The notes beneath the pieces were generated by a model, which was given only the letters and a program-made list of their open reading frames with translations, did no database searches and was not told where the DNA came from. This document shows positions 12,590-25,105 of a stretch of DNA of 64,000 nt, in pieces. The translations under genes and the position numbers were made by a program. The stretch covers positions 124,496,001 through 124,560,000 of the forward strand of contig NC_042998.1 in assembly GCF_006345805.1 (NCBI RefSeq), in the 5' to 3' direction. Every line of letters starts with the position of its first letter. The stretch's first letter is position 1. The DNA comes from Octopus sinensis (Eukaryota).

Positions 12590-12836
12590 AACTTGTTTCA
12601 GCGGTCGTGCTGGAGCACCGCCATGAAGGGTTTTTGTCGAACAAATCTAGCCCAGGGCTTATATATTAAACCTAGTACTTATAATATTGCTTTTTTGGGG
12701 GGTGGGGGCCGAACTACAAAGTTACGAGAATGTAGACACACTAACATCGGTTGTGAAGCAGTGATTGGACAAACACAAACACAAGGACACACACAGGCAT
12801 ATACATGTATACATATACACGACGGGCTTCTTTCAG
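12590..12836 (-). mobile_element. SINE family 2, 3' half
   Basis: CTTGTTTCAGCGGTCGTGCTGGAGCACCGCC ... GACGGGCTTCTTTCAG. Confidence 0.8.
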
Positions 12837-12897
12837 AAGAAGAATACTGATGATGATGATGATGATGATGATGACGACAACAATAATAATGATGATA

Positions 12898-12943
<46 letters not shown>

Positions 12944-14775
12944 TAATAATAATAATGAATAAATAAATAAATAAATAAATAAATAAATTTTAAAAATCTG
13001 TATGTGAAATGTAGTAACTCTTTCAACTTTTTAGTACATAAAAATTCATAATACCCGAATTTCCAGTTTCCAGTACTGTAATTATAGGCTTTTATTTATG
13101 ATTAATGAAACGTCAAACAAGTAAGCTAGGAAAAAAGCCAATGGGAATTCTAATTGGTATATATTTTACTAAAAGTCATACGATGACTCGCTGACATAGT
13201 TTCAAAAATTGTACGTTGATCCAGAAGTCAAATTTTTACGAAATTTCTTGAAACGAAACGGATATATCCTCTTGTTAAATGCCACGCTAAAATATTAGTG
13301 AACAATTTCTATCTGCACAGTGAAGGGGATATTGGAACTGGAACTGTACAGGTCAAAATGTGGAATCTTAAACATATTGCATCAGAAGATGTCATCTGAA
13401 TTTAAATAATATCAATTTTCTGACAGGAAAAAGTAGAGAAAATACTAAAGTGAAGCCAATATTTTGCTCCGATACCTTTATAGCTATGTGGTTAAATTTT
13501 GAGGGTCATTTTCAGGACAGCATAGCACCCTTTTATGCGCATTTCTAATTGAGATCGTACTTAAAGGAATTATCTTGAAACTGAAGAAGACATTATACTT
13601 TGAAGAAAGGTTTTCTTTTTAGTTAAGCTTTATATAATTCAGAGTGTAAAGAGGATTATTATTTTTTTTTTTTTTGAGAGCCTTGGTTGTTATGCTTAGT
13701 GACAATATTGAGGCATTCTTCATTTCGTTTCCTTATTTGACAAACATCCATGAATAAGAAAATGTGCGATCAAATTTCAATACACGTGAAATATTGGTTT
13801 CAAAATTTGTCTCAATCTCGGGGGAGGTTCACATCCGATTGAGTAAGGAACAGGCTTTAAAAACATGAGTACTGGGTCGATATATTCGACTAAATAAAAC
13901 GCTATGTCCCAGCATGGCCGCTGTCAAATGACTGAAAAAATAAAAGATAAAAGATAAAACTACAGCGTTTGCTCAAATTTGACTTTTTTCGTCATAGCTC
14001 ATCCATGTTTGAAAATATTTTATCCTATTTTTTACCCAGTAATTTTCTATTAAAATGTCTCAGAATGAAGTAGAGAGCTGGATTTATTCAGTGAATTTAA
14101 TCGCATATAATTCGTTCAAGATTTAGGTTATCTAGATGGGCTAGAATTGAGCATGAAGTAGTAAATGTTGACCTTACGTATACTATTCACTCACTGTCCT
14201 AATGAAAGATATACACGTATTTCTCTAACACGTAATTATACTAGTAGTAAAGTCTAATTGTAAATTAAACAATAGATCCATCTTTGTCAAAACACACCCA
14301 TACTCATTTCACTTACTATATCAACTGTTTGCTTTATAAATTGCATAGTAGAGCTCATATGATGTATATCTCCGTTTACTTTTAGTGTAACATTATATTT
14401 TAACCAATTAAGTCAATGACACCCAGACTCAAACTAACACGTCATACAAGATAGTCATTACAAATTCATCACGTCTTTCCGTTTACATATGTGCGTATGT
14501 GTACATTCGTGTATACATATGTGTGTGTGCGCGTACGCGGGCACGAACGCGTGTGAGCGTGTGCGTATTTACACGCACACGATCACACAGACATACATGA
14601 GTACACTGATTTATCTATATATATATATATATATTTATTTATACGAACACGAACAAAGATATACTCACACACACGCACACATATATACGCACACACATAC
14701 ATAAAAATGTGGTCTCATACATATACATATGTATGATCTTGATTGATGTATAATTATACATATATGCATATGTGT

Positions 14776-14776
<1 letters not shown>

Positions 14777-14857
<81 letters not shown>
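14777..14857. repeat. (GATA)n microsatellite; another at ~39130-39260
   Basis: Direct inspection. Confidence 0.98.
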
Positions 14858-15104
14858 GCATGTATAGACATTTATGTATGTAGTTATTTAGTAATCTTCC
14901 TTGGATTGAGTTCTTTGTTCGACTTTCTCATCCAATATTTATATGTGTGTGTGTGTGTCTGTCCGTATCTGTGTGTGTATGCGTGCGTGTGTCTGTGTAT
15001 CTGTGTCTGCATGCGTGTGTGTATATATGTATATGCATGTATACCATTCACGCTGACATATAAATAGGTATAATTTAATTCTGCAGAGAACAAAATTGAA
15101 AACA

Positions 15105-15330
15105 GCGACCTAGTAGAAACGTTAGCACGCCGGGCAAAATGCTTAGCGGTATTTCGTCTGTCGCTGCGTTCTGAGTTCAAATTCCGCCGAGGTCGACTTT
15201 GCCTTTCATCCTTTCGGGGTCGATAAATTAAGTACCAGTTACGCATTGGGGTCGATGTAATCGATTTACTCCGTTTGTCTGTCCTCGTTTGTCCCCTCTA
15301 TGTTTAGCCCCTTGTGGGCAATAAAGAAAA
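15105..15330 (+). mobile_element. SINE family 1 (tail-b), full length
   Basis: Head GAAACGTTAGCACGCCGGGCAAAATGC, body, and tail TTTGTCCCCTCTATGTTTAGCCCCTTGTGGGCAATAAAGAAA. Confidence 0.92.
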
Positions 15331-16110
15331 AGGTATAATTTTGTTCCACAGTTTTTCTACAAATCTATTCAATTCTCTAATTCTTCCCCACCTCTCTCCC
15401 TTACATATGCATCCGTGTACAAATACACACTCACAAATATATATGCATCTCTGTATGTTATGTAATTATATGTATGCATGTTTTTTTTCCCTGTATATAA
15501 TGGATTTATCGCATTATGCATATGCTGCACATTTCCAAAACCGAGTCTGCAGGCAGAAAATGGACATACACGTATGCCGATATTGATTGCGTAGATAAGA
15601 TCTGTCGACATCGAAAAGAAGATAACTACACAATTTTGACTTGGTTGGGATATCATATATAAATATTGAATTATTTGATTCAATCAGTAAAGTATTTTAG
15701 GCATAATCTGCTGATGTCAACAAAAATATCGGAATCTGCTAATATTCTAATATTATATCCAATCTACAGATATCGACTTAGTTGGACACAACGTGAAGGT
15801 GTGAATCGCTGTGGTAAAATATGTATATATCATTCGGTGACTTATAAATTATATGTTGTAAACAGGCTGTATGTCAAAGTTTTGTAGATGTCGACAGGTC
15901 AAAGTCATATAGCAGAAGAAAATTAAAACCGACTTCGAGAAAATTGGTGATGATCTACGTCGGTAAAAACTATACAATAACATTGGTGACTTTGAATAAG
16001 CTTGTTTTGCAGAGAATAATTTTGGATCGAATTCTTCTGAGACTAAAGAAATATTTTAAGAGAAACATTTACTATTAAAAATAAAAAATGACTGGATGTC
16101 GGTAATGATC

Positions 16111-16154
<44 letters not shown>

Positions 16155-18849
16155 TATAAACATACAAAGCAGTTGTAGATGATATATTAAGAAGTCAAAA
16201 AAATTCTAAATTAAGTTTTGAATTTTCGTGTAGTTAGAAGATCTGGTCCGCCTGCGATCAATCTCCTGAAATGAATATTCCCAGAAGAAGCGTCTATGCT
16301 TAAACATAAGCTTTTCCTTACCACGTTATACGAACTTAAACTCAAATCTCGTTGATATTAAGAACCAAAATAATATAAGTTCCTTATGTGTATGTACACC
16401 TTTTTATCTATCCCTGCGTCTCCAGCACCAATTCGTTTGTATTTTTTGTCTTTTAATCAGGAACAAGTGTTATGCCCCTGACCTATAACAGCACCTCTGG
16501 GACCAGGGTTACGGAGAGAGGAATATATCTATAAATGGAAGATCTGACCCGAATACTTGCAACAGTATCTATTTTAATGAGACTCCATATATCAGATAGT
16601 GGTATTGAACAGGACGCAAGTATTAAGACTGTTTCTGAACTAAATGCTGACGTAATTTGAACTCTATTCAATTCAGTGGAATAAATTTTCAATGAATTCA
16701 CTCCGACGGTTTTACATTCACCAATCCACTGAACTAGAATGATGCATATATTTGAACCGCAAAAGAATGGGGACAAATTTGACTTCAGTAAGATTTGAAC
16801 TCAGAGCACAGGAACTCAGACGCAGGAACTCAGGCGCACTAATGACTCTGCCAATTTGCTACCTCAGCAACAATGTAACTGTTTCCTTTAAATTTTTATT
16901 TTAGATCACAAGTAAGTAGAAAACGACAATACTCGAACTACTTTCGTTTGAAGTTATTCAGTAACGTGTAATAAAGTTTATTGTTTCCAGCATTCACCTC
17001 CTCTTTAGTAGTTCATGGAAGGACTTCGTCTCAGGAGATGACAAGCCGATAAAATGCTATTGAATTCTTTCATTGCTTTAACTGAAAGAATTAAATTCGG
17101 GGAGAAAGTCATTTCCACAGCATAATGAGGTGTTCAATTTAGTTACACCTCACATGTGAAGCAACTTTTTCACGCCTCTAATTTAAATAATACGTCGTGG
17201 TAACTATTTATATTTAGGTAAACTGGTTTTCAAAAATTTAATTGACTATGCTAGACTCATTTCAGTGTAGGTGATATGTACGAAACAATGACACTTTATC
17301 CTGTATTCCAACAAGCTACAGCTACACCTACAGCCGCAGAATCGGCGCTTTACAGTCGTTATTGCTGGAATATAGTTTGTCTGGAGATGCTACAGATAAA
17401 CATAATTAGATAAGCATAGCCTTTAGAAATTTAATCGAGAGCGATTGGTTTTGAATGTTGTCTCTCTATATAAGACAATTTGTAACTATATGTCAATATG
17501 TAGCCATTAATTAGCGTGACGTAAATCGGAAAGATTCTCATTAGATATTACATAACCCGCAGGCAGCTTTTAGTTATACACATCTAAGTATCAGATAGGA
17601 AGCCAAAATTTATAGATTTGTAAATTTGGTATTTTCTAGATACGAAGCTGTAATTGAATTCTAGACTATAAGGGATTTTCTAGAGTATATTATTATGCTC
17701 ATCTGTATTATCAGACTTGAAGACGGTAGTCAATATTTTTGAAATATATATTTACACACACACAAAACACACACAACACACACACACATATATATATATA
17801 TGTGTGTATATATATATATATAATAAATTTCTGAGCGAGGTATAATAGACAATATACTTAACGATGTATATATATATATATATTTGAAAATGTCGTTCTA
17901 GGTATAAATATACCATAAACAATGATAGAAAAATGGAGGAGAAAAATATGTTGAATCAAAATTAAATTTAATACAAAATAGGATTCAATACATATGCGCG
18001 TTTCAAAGGAAAATACAAATATGTAAGAAAAAAATTATAATAGTAATTATAATTAAGCTTATGCATTGTCATTTTCATCAGAGTGAGGAATTTTTGTAAG
18101 GACATCAAAAAATGTTTAATAAAATAAAGTAAAATAAGATACAATAAGGGAGAATACAAATGGGTTAATAAGGAAAAAATCGGATACTAGCAAGCAAGTT
18201 ACAAAAGGGAAAAACAATAATAATAGCAGGCGAGACGAAAGAGCAAAGATGACAGACATATCACTGTGTATTCACGTCTAAATGCGCGATAAAATATAAC
18301 ATAAAAATAAGAATAAAAATTGAACGGATATGTTTAAAAAATGGTAACACGTCGAGGCAAAGTATAATAAGCGGGGCCACGTGTGCATTGTAGAATATAA
18401 CGTAACAGGTTGACTAGTAGAAAAAAACATAGAGAGTTCTACATATACATATTAATATTGAAAAACGAAATATATATACATATATATATATATTTTTTTA
18501 CACGAGGCTAAAAAGTGATATGTTTCAAAAAGGTTACAATATTTAAGTAAAAATGTACACCGGCCGGTGTCCTTCTAAAATTTGAGCGACATGCGTGCTA
18601 AATTGTGGATGTGCATAACCTACAATCACGTACACACACACACACATCTTGCCGTATATATATACAGATATATTTAAATATATATGTTTTCCCAACCACA
18701 TGGTTCTGGGTTCAGTACTATTGCGTGACACCTTGGGCAAGTGTTTTCTGCTATAGACTCGGGCCGACCAAAGACTTGTGAGTAGATATGGTTGACGTAA
18801 ACCGTAAGAAGCCCGTCTTATATATGTATATATATAATTATAGTATATT

Positions 18850-19380
18850 CTGTTAAGAACATAGTAGAATACAGTATAAAGCTCGCTCGTCCACTTTCAC
18901 ATTTAAACTGTGCTTTCCAGTTGTAATATTATATGTATTTCCAGGTTTGCGTTTGGGCATCTGTCGTGTGTGAGTAGATAATTGAAAAAATTGGAGTCAA
19001 AAAGAAGGGTACGGTTGGACATTTATGTTTTAATCACTAAAATTGTTTGCACGCAACGTAGTTCTCCAGATGTGCAGGTACTTGATTAAGAAACTATTTC
19101 CCTGCATTATGAGATCTAGTTGTGTTTCCTCAGGTGATATGTAAATATTGTCTCTGTAAATTTAAAATATTCGGCTTCAAGAACATCCTATCTCTCTGTC
19201 GTGGCTTTAATTTAGTAGTAATCACAAAGCTTATCAGGGTATGTTGTTGGTGAAGGGCCGTTGGCAAACTGCTTTGAATGCGTAAATGTAGTGGGATGGT
19301 AATTCTCGTACTCTTAAAGTGGTTGCCGTTTTAAAGAGACTGGTATTTTATTTCTTCGTATTGTTGATTTGTTCTTCATG
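18850..19380 (-). mobile_element. Decayed Penelope-like element fragment (RT-EN linker and Cys-rich start of GIY-YIG)
   Basis: Broken frames give ...QMPKRKPGNTYNITTGK / QFKCESGRA / LYCILLC, resembling the Zn-knuckle linker before GIY in Neptune-type PLEs. Confidence 0.4.
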
Positions 19381-19895
19381 GCTGGTTACACATATGATTC
19401 TCCTTAGCTGGCCTTTAAGATTCAACACTCGGACACATACACGCATATATGCGCGCGCGTGCACACACACACACGTATATATATACATTCACATACACAT
19501 ATATAAAATCTACACACACATATACATACGGCTATATACACACGCTCACATATACGGATATGTACGCGCACTCACGTACATATATATAAGCACACATACA
19601 CTCGCTCGCATAAACATACACAGATGCTCGCGTGTGCATACACACACTTACACACATGTATACATATCTACTTACACACACACGCACACCCACTCACACC
19701 ATACATATAAATATATATATTCACTCACAAATTAAAAAAAGAGTAGCTTATTAGCAATTAAATAAAGGCGATTTTATAGAGGTCAAAAAAGTGACAGATG
19801 GTACTGACTAGCACAGTTTTTGTTAGAATAACTCAAAACCACAAGAGCACTGAACTTAATGACTGATAAAGAGAGGTAAGTCCCCAGCTTGCATA

Positions 19896-19949
19896 GCCGG
19901 ATCGCAATTTTGGATTTTGATGCAGGCCATCTTAATCTTCATCAGCGAC
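19896..19949 (-). ncRNA. Type I hammerhead-ribozyme-like fold (one core lesion)
   Basis: GTCG-CTGATGA-A-GATT aa GATG gcctg CATC aa AATC-CAAAA-TTGCGA-TC-CGGC. Stems I, II and III can be drawn; the GAAA box reads CAAAA. Confidence 0.55.
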
Positions 19950-20113
19950 TCTTAAAGCCTAGAGTTAAACACGACTGCCTCTATCAGTCTTACAAGAAAA
20001 ACCGTTGAAAACGTGCTGATTTTCAAAACGGTAAAAGTGTAAACAATAAATTAAAAAGTGGGGCTTATTAGCAATTAAGGCATAAAGGCAAAATTAATAG
20101 AGGTCACAAAAGT

Positions 20114-20161
<48 letters not shown>

Positions 20162-20167
<6 letters not shown>

Positions 20168-20250
20168 TATATAGAAGGAGCTTCTACAAGACTAGTACTG
20201 TTTCATTGAAACAGTACTAGTCCTGTAGAAGCTCCTTCTATATAATAAAT
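20162..20250. repeat. Near-perfect palindrome, 44-bp arms, 1-nt spacer, 1 mismatch
   Basis: ATTTATTATATAGAAGGAGCTTCTACAAGACTAGTACTGTTTCA-T-TGAAACAGTACTAGTCCTGTAGAAGCTCCTTCTATATAATAAAT. Confidence 0.97.
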
Positions 20251-20342
20251 TAATTTTACTCTGCTATGTATTGAGTACCTTACTTACTGTGGTTAACCCC
20301 GAATCAACCCGGGACCTACATATATATATATATATATTTCCC

Positions 20343-20490
20343 TCCTTGTTTTTTCTGTGTCCCTTTCTGTAGAAGAGCGTAGGCTCGAAACGTAAAAGAC
20401 TTTTTATATTCCTGAGCGTTATCCTAATACACCTGTTTGTTTTGTACACCATCTGTCTTCGTCTTTTGTTTTTTTCGTAAACTCTCCCTA
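20343..20490 (+). mobile_element. ~140-bp element with a minimal hammerhead-like motif (20359-20400); other copies at 20690-20830 (+) and 37812-37945 (-)
   Basis: CTTT-CTGTAGA-A-GAGC gtag GCTC-GAAACGTA-AAAG. The three copies are alignable by eye and flanked by (TA)n. Confidence 0.7.
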
Positions 20491-20862
20491 TATATATATA
20501 TTTAATTTGGGGCTACAAACTACAGTAGCATCCACCCTTACGGGTTAGCCATATTCAAATGGCAAATATACGTCACATATATATATATAGTTATATACAT
20601 ATAGATATGGTACATATATAAACAAGGCATGAGAAACTGCATGTTTGACTGCTAAATCCACAATTTTTTTTCAATTTTCTGTTTATGTCCTCCTGTTCCT
20701 TTCTGTTGAAGAGCATAGGCTCAAAACGTAAAAGACTTTCTCACCTTCTCGAGCGTTAAACTAATACACCTGCTTGTTGTTTATACACCTGTCTTCGTCT
20801 TTTGCTTTTCTGTTAATTTCAACGGTCTATATATATATATGTATATATATGTATATATATAT

Positions 20863-20903
<41 letters not shown>

Positions 20904-20994
20904 TGTATGTATGTATGCATGTATGTATGTATGTATGTATGTATGTATGTATGTATGTATGTATGTATGTATGTATGTATGTATGTATGTATAT

Positions 20995-21620
20995 AGCAGC
21001 GCATCAATGCTACCTCAAATCAACACCCAACTAAGACAGATGTATTCTTCAAGACACTGGGAGATGCCCATTTTGCAGACCCATCTGTTCAGCAGAGATG
21101 AGACTCTCTCAGGGACATCATCCATAGAACTGCCCTGAGAGCCTTTGTTAGTAGAAGGAAAATGACGGAATTTCTTCATCCAGATCGTTTAGTCAGTCTC
21201 TCCAGAAAGAAAACTCCGATGTAATATGTGCAATTTTGTCTGCATCCAATGATTTAGACAACTCTTTAGTTTTTGGTAATTGCATACGTTATTTAGAGAG
21301 CTAGATCGACCTTGTACGAGGCCTTTCCTTATTACAAAATGTTTCAGGTACACGAATCGCTTGATTAACGTCTCCATTATGAGTTGCATCATATGACTGG
21401 CTATAACCGAAAAAGAAAAAAATACTCAACGAAAAATTCCATGATGGAATGAAAGCATGCGTCAATGGGTGATATGTTCTCTGAACAGCTGCATCAAGAG
21501 GCATCCATCATTGCCACATCTATGCAGATATGAAGATCTCGAGCGGTAATGGAAAGCCATAACCATTCTGTTTATGCTTAAGCAATGGCATTGATCAAAA
21601 TTAAGTTGCAATCATCAAAT
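20995..21620 (+). mobile_element. Decayed RTE-clade LINE RT fragment
   Basis: KFHDGMKACVNG, matching the RTE/BovB-type ..FHDGM.A.V motif, preceded by a degenerate DL.KAF region. Confidence 0.65.
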
Positions 21621-21912
21621 ATGTACATATGTACATTCCTGATGACTGTTTCTTTCTTTGTATGCATGTATGTATATGACACACACACACACACAGAGAA
21701 CTCGTAGCAGTAGCACCTAGTATCGCTGGGGTTTATATTATATAAAAGGATCAGAAACAGTTACAAAGCCTGAGGCCATTTCTTTAAAGTGATTTGTCCT
21801 TACGCATATTTGATGCACCAAGGTCTAAAATTGTAGCCTACAATTTCAAGCATCGAAAATACATACATACATACCTGCATGCATATATACATACATTCAA
21901 CAGAAATGCATT

Positions 21913-22945
21913 ATTTTTCAAAAATTTTAGGGGAAAAGTTTCAAGAAATTTTTGAAAGATTTTCAAAAAATTTTTGAAAAATTTTTTAAAATTTATTTTT
22001 AAATTTTTGGGGAAAATTCTCAAAAATTTTAAAAAAAATTTGGGGGGAACATTTTCAAACAATTTTTCAAAAATTTTTGGGGAAAATTTTCAAAAAATTT
22101 TTCAAACATTTTTGGAGAAAATTTTCAAAAATTTTGGGGAAAATGTTCGAAAAAGTTTTGGGGAAAATTTTCAAAACTTTTTGAGGAAAATTTAGAAAAT
22201 ATTTTCAAAAAATTTGGGGGGAACATTTTCAAACAATTTTTCAAAAATTTTTGGGGAAAATTTTCAAAAAATTTTTCAAACATTTTTGGAGAAAATTTTC
22301 AAAAATTTTGGGGAAAATGTTCGAAAAAGTTTTGGGGAAAATTTTCAAAACTTTTTGAGGAAAATTTAGAAAATATTTTCAAAAAATTTTTGGGAAAAAT
22401 TTCAAAAAATTTTCATAAAATTTTTGGAGAAATGTTTCAAGAAATTTTTGAAAAGTTTTTGGGGAAAATTTTCAAACATTTTCATTATTTCACTGGTAAG
22501 CACACTGGAGCTATTTTTCAAAAATTTTTGGGGAAAAATTTCAAAAAATTTTTCGAAAATTTTTGGGGAAAAATTTCAAAAAAATTTTTCAAAATTTTTC
22601 AACAATTTTTGGGGAAAATTTTCAAAAAAGTTTCTCTAAAATTTTTGGGAAAAATTTTCCTAAAATTTTTCGGGAAAACTTTCAAAGGATTTTTCAAAAA
22701 ATTTTCAAAAATTTTTGGGGAATATTTTCAAAAAATTTTCAAAAATTTTTGGGGAATATTTTCATAAAATTTTTCAAAAATTTTTCAAACATTTTTGGGG
22801 AAAATTTTCAAAAAGTTTTTCAAAAATTTTGGGGAAAATTTTCAAAAAAATTATCAAAAATTTTTGGGGAAAATTTTCAAAAATTTTTGAGGAAAATTTA
22901 GAAAATATTTTGAAATTTTTGAAAAGTTTTTTGGGGAAATTTTCA
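21913..22945. repeat. ~1-kb phased A-tract/T-tract array with a 174-bp internal duplication
   Basis: Built from AAAATTTTC / AAAAATTTTTGGGG modules. The GGGGGGAAC landmark lies at 22042 and 22216 (period 174). Confidence 0.95.
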
Positions 22946-23170
22946 TTATTTCACTGGTATTCCAGGTAAGCACATTGGAGCTATAAAGAATAACTGGTAC
23001 TGCTAGTCATTTATAGCTAACACGATATTATATGCATTCAGCTCAGACTTCAGGACTGCACGAACTCTTCTATAACATTCCTTCGTAACCTTCATTTGAG
23101 GGAAAAAATAGTTGCCATGCAAACTCACCAGCCCTTTTAACATAGGTGTGCATATTTTCAGCTCAACTGA
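22945..23170 (-). mobile_element. R4/Dong-like LINE RT fragment
   Basis: KVTKECYRRVRAVLKSELNAYNIVLAIN, typical of the post-RT region of R4/Dong-type elements. Confidence 0.75.
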
Positions 23171-23649
23171 CCACATAATGCACACATTATATGTATATAT
23201 ATATATATATACGCATTAAATATATATATATATGTACATATATACGCATTATATATACAAATGTATACAAATTATATATATATATATATAAATACAGATA
23301 TATACACTTTGTATATATACATTATATATACATATTTATATATAGAACACACACACACATATATATATATAAATTAACCCAATAAATATCTGATTCATAA
23401 TATTTGTTCTCATGATTGTGTGGTGCTGGTGGCGATAATAATTCTCTCTATGAATGCTGACAGACGTAGAGAGAGAGAGAGAGAGGGTGTGGAAGAAAGA
23501 GTGAAGGCGGCGGGGGAAAGATAGTAGACACTGTCAAACGGCGTTATAGAGAGAAATTGAAAGGAAGAGAGGAAAGAGAGGGAGACGGAGGAAGGCAGAC
23601 ACATAAAAGAATGAGAGAAGACTTGTCAAAATGTGCATTTTTTGCCCTA

Positions 23650-23820
23650 TTAACCACACCTTTTAAGATATGGATTTCTACGCTAGCCCACTGACATCCT
23701 CACCTCATTGTACATGTACCTGTAAATTTTGGAGTCAATCCGACGGGATCTAGTGGCCTTTAACCCGTTCCAATGCCAAAATCAGACAAACAAACTTTTC
23801 GCATTTCAGATTTATAGATA
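23650..23820 (+). mobile_element. Helitron-like non-autonomous 3' segment; second copy at 37640-37806
   Basis: The two copies share CTAGCCCACT..CATCCTCACCTCATT...GAGTCAATCCGACG...(CAAA)n..GCATTTCAGATTTATA. The repeat is certain; the class is inferred. Confidence 0.55.
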
Positions 23821-24689
23821 TTGATGAAAACACACAGCCTTTTAATAACGACATACCGTCAGATATATTTATATACTGAGTTACGGACACTTTTTATTCA
23901 GACTTACCGTCAGAAATCCAGGGAAACTGCCTGGTGGAAACTTCTAAACCAATGATGCTTTTGATTAGAAATTGTCATAATAATAATAATCACTATAATA
24001 ATAATAGTAATATATAAAATAATGCTATTAATTGATGCAAATGCAACGATGCAACGATTTGGGAATAATAAACTGTGAACAATGATGTTATGTCTGTTTT
24101 ATTTAGTTTCCAAATACCAAAATTACATATGTCGACATGACATCTATATTTTTCACTCCCTAGAAATGTACCCATTTTAATAAATCATTTATTGTGATAC
24201 TAATATCTTTACATGTACATCGTACATCCTATTTTACTTTCGTGAAGCGTAGAGCTTTTGTTGGGAATCAAAAACGAAATTAATATTAAGTTTGGAGTTC
24301 CTTATATAATAAAAAAAATCATAGTAGTCTCAGATATTCAATGGACATGTGTCACAAGAGATGCTTATATTATAATTGAACGTACGTCGCGACTTGTACA
24401 TAGTTTAATGAAAAATATTGATTTTATTATAGGAAATATTTAACAGCTAAAGATAGCATTGCCAAGCAGAAATCATGTACATACAGAGTTAGCATAACAA
24501 AATGAGGAACATCTTTTCAAGCTTTGGGCATAAGTTAAAGTAGTTCTGCGCCGTGTGTAGTTATATATGGCGCGTCATAAGTAAAAATAAATTATATATT
24601 AGGGAAGACCGATATTTCGAATACGGTTTAAGTTACCATGTAATAGGCGAAATCTGGAAACTATTGCACCTGATTAAATTCTTTTGTTT

Positions 24690-24909
24690 CAGGCATTTCA
24701 CTGCGGCCATGCTGGAACACCACCTCGAAGGGCTTTAGTCGGGGAAATCGATCCCATGACTTAATTCTGCAAGCTTAGTACTTATTCTATCGGTTCCTTT
24801 TGCCAAACTGCTAAATTACGTGGGAGATAAATGCACCAACACCGGTTGCCAGCGGTGATGGGAGACAAATACAGATCCGAAGATAAATACACATAGACAC
24901 ATACACACA

Positions 24910-24949
<40 letters not shown>

Positions 24950-24959
24950 CATATATATA

Positions 24960-25006
<47 letters not shown>

Positions 25007-25105
25007 GACGGGCTTCTTTCAGTTTCTGTTTACCAAATTCACTCAGAAGGCTTCAGTCGACCTGATGCTATAGCAGAAGACTCTTACCCAATGTGCCACA
25101 GACAT
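24690..25105 (-). mobile_element. SINE family 2, diverged, with internal (CA)n/(TA)n
   Basis: Reverse tail CTGCGGCCATGCTGGAACACCAC and reverse head GACGGGCTTCTTTCAGTTTC. Confidence 0.8.

Noticed and set aside
15598-15898. 12-bp inverted repeat CTGTCGACATC...GATGTCGACAG around ~300 bp
   Set aside because: No TSD and no second copy; could be chance or an unrecognisable MITE.
17985-18095. Minus-strand CTGATGA...GAAACGCG pair
   Set aside because: The spacer is about 75 nt, stem I is unconvincing and U16.1 is missing; not called as a hammerhead.
21838-22969. K/F/N-rich ORFs on both strands
   Set aside because: They are products of the A/T-tract array, with no start or splice context.
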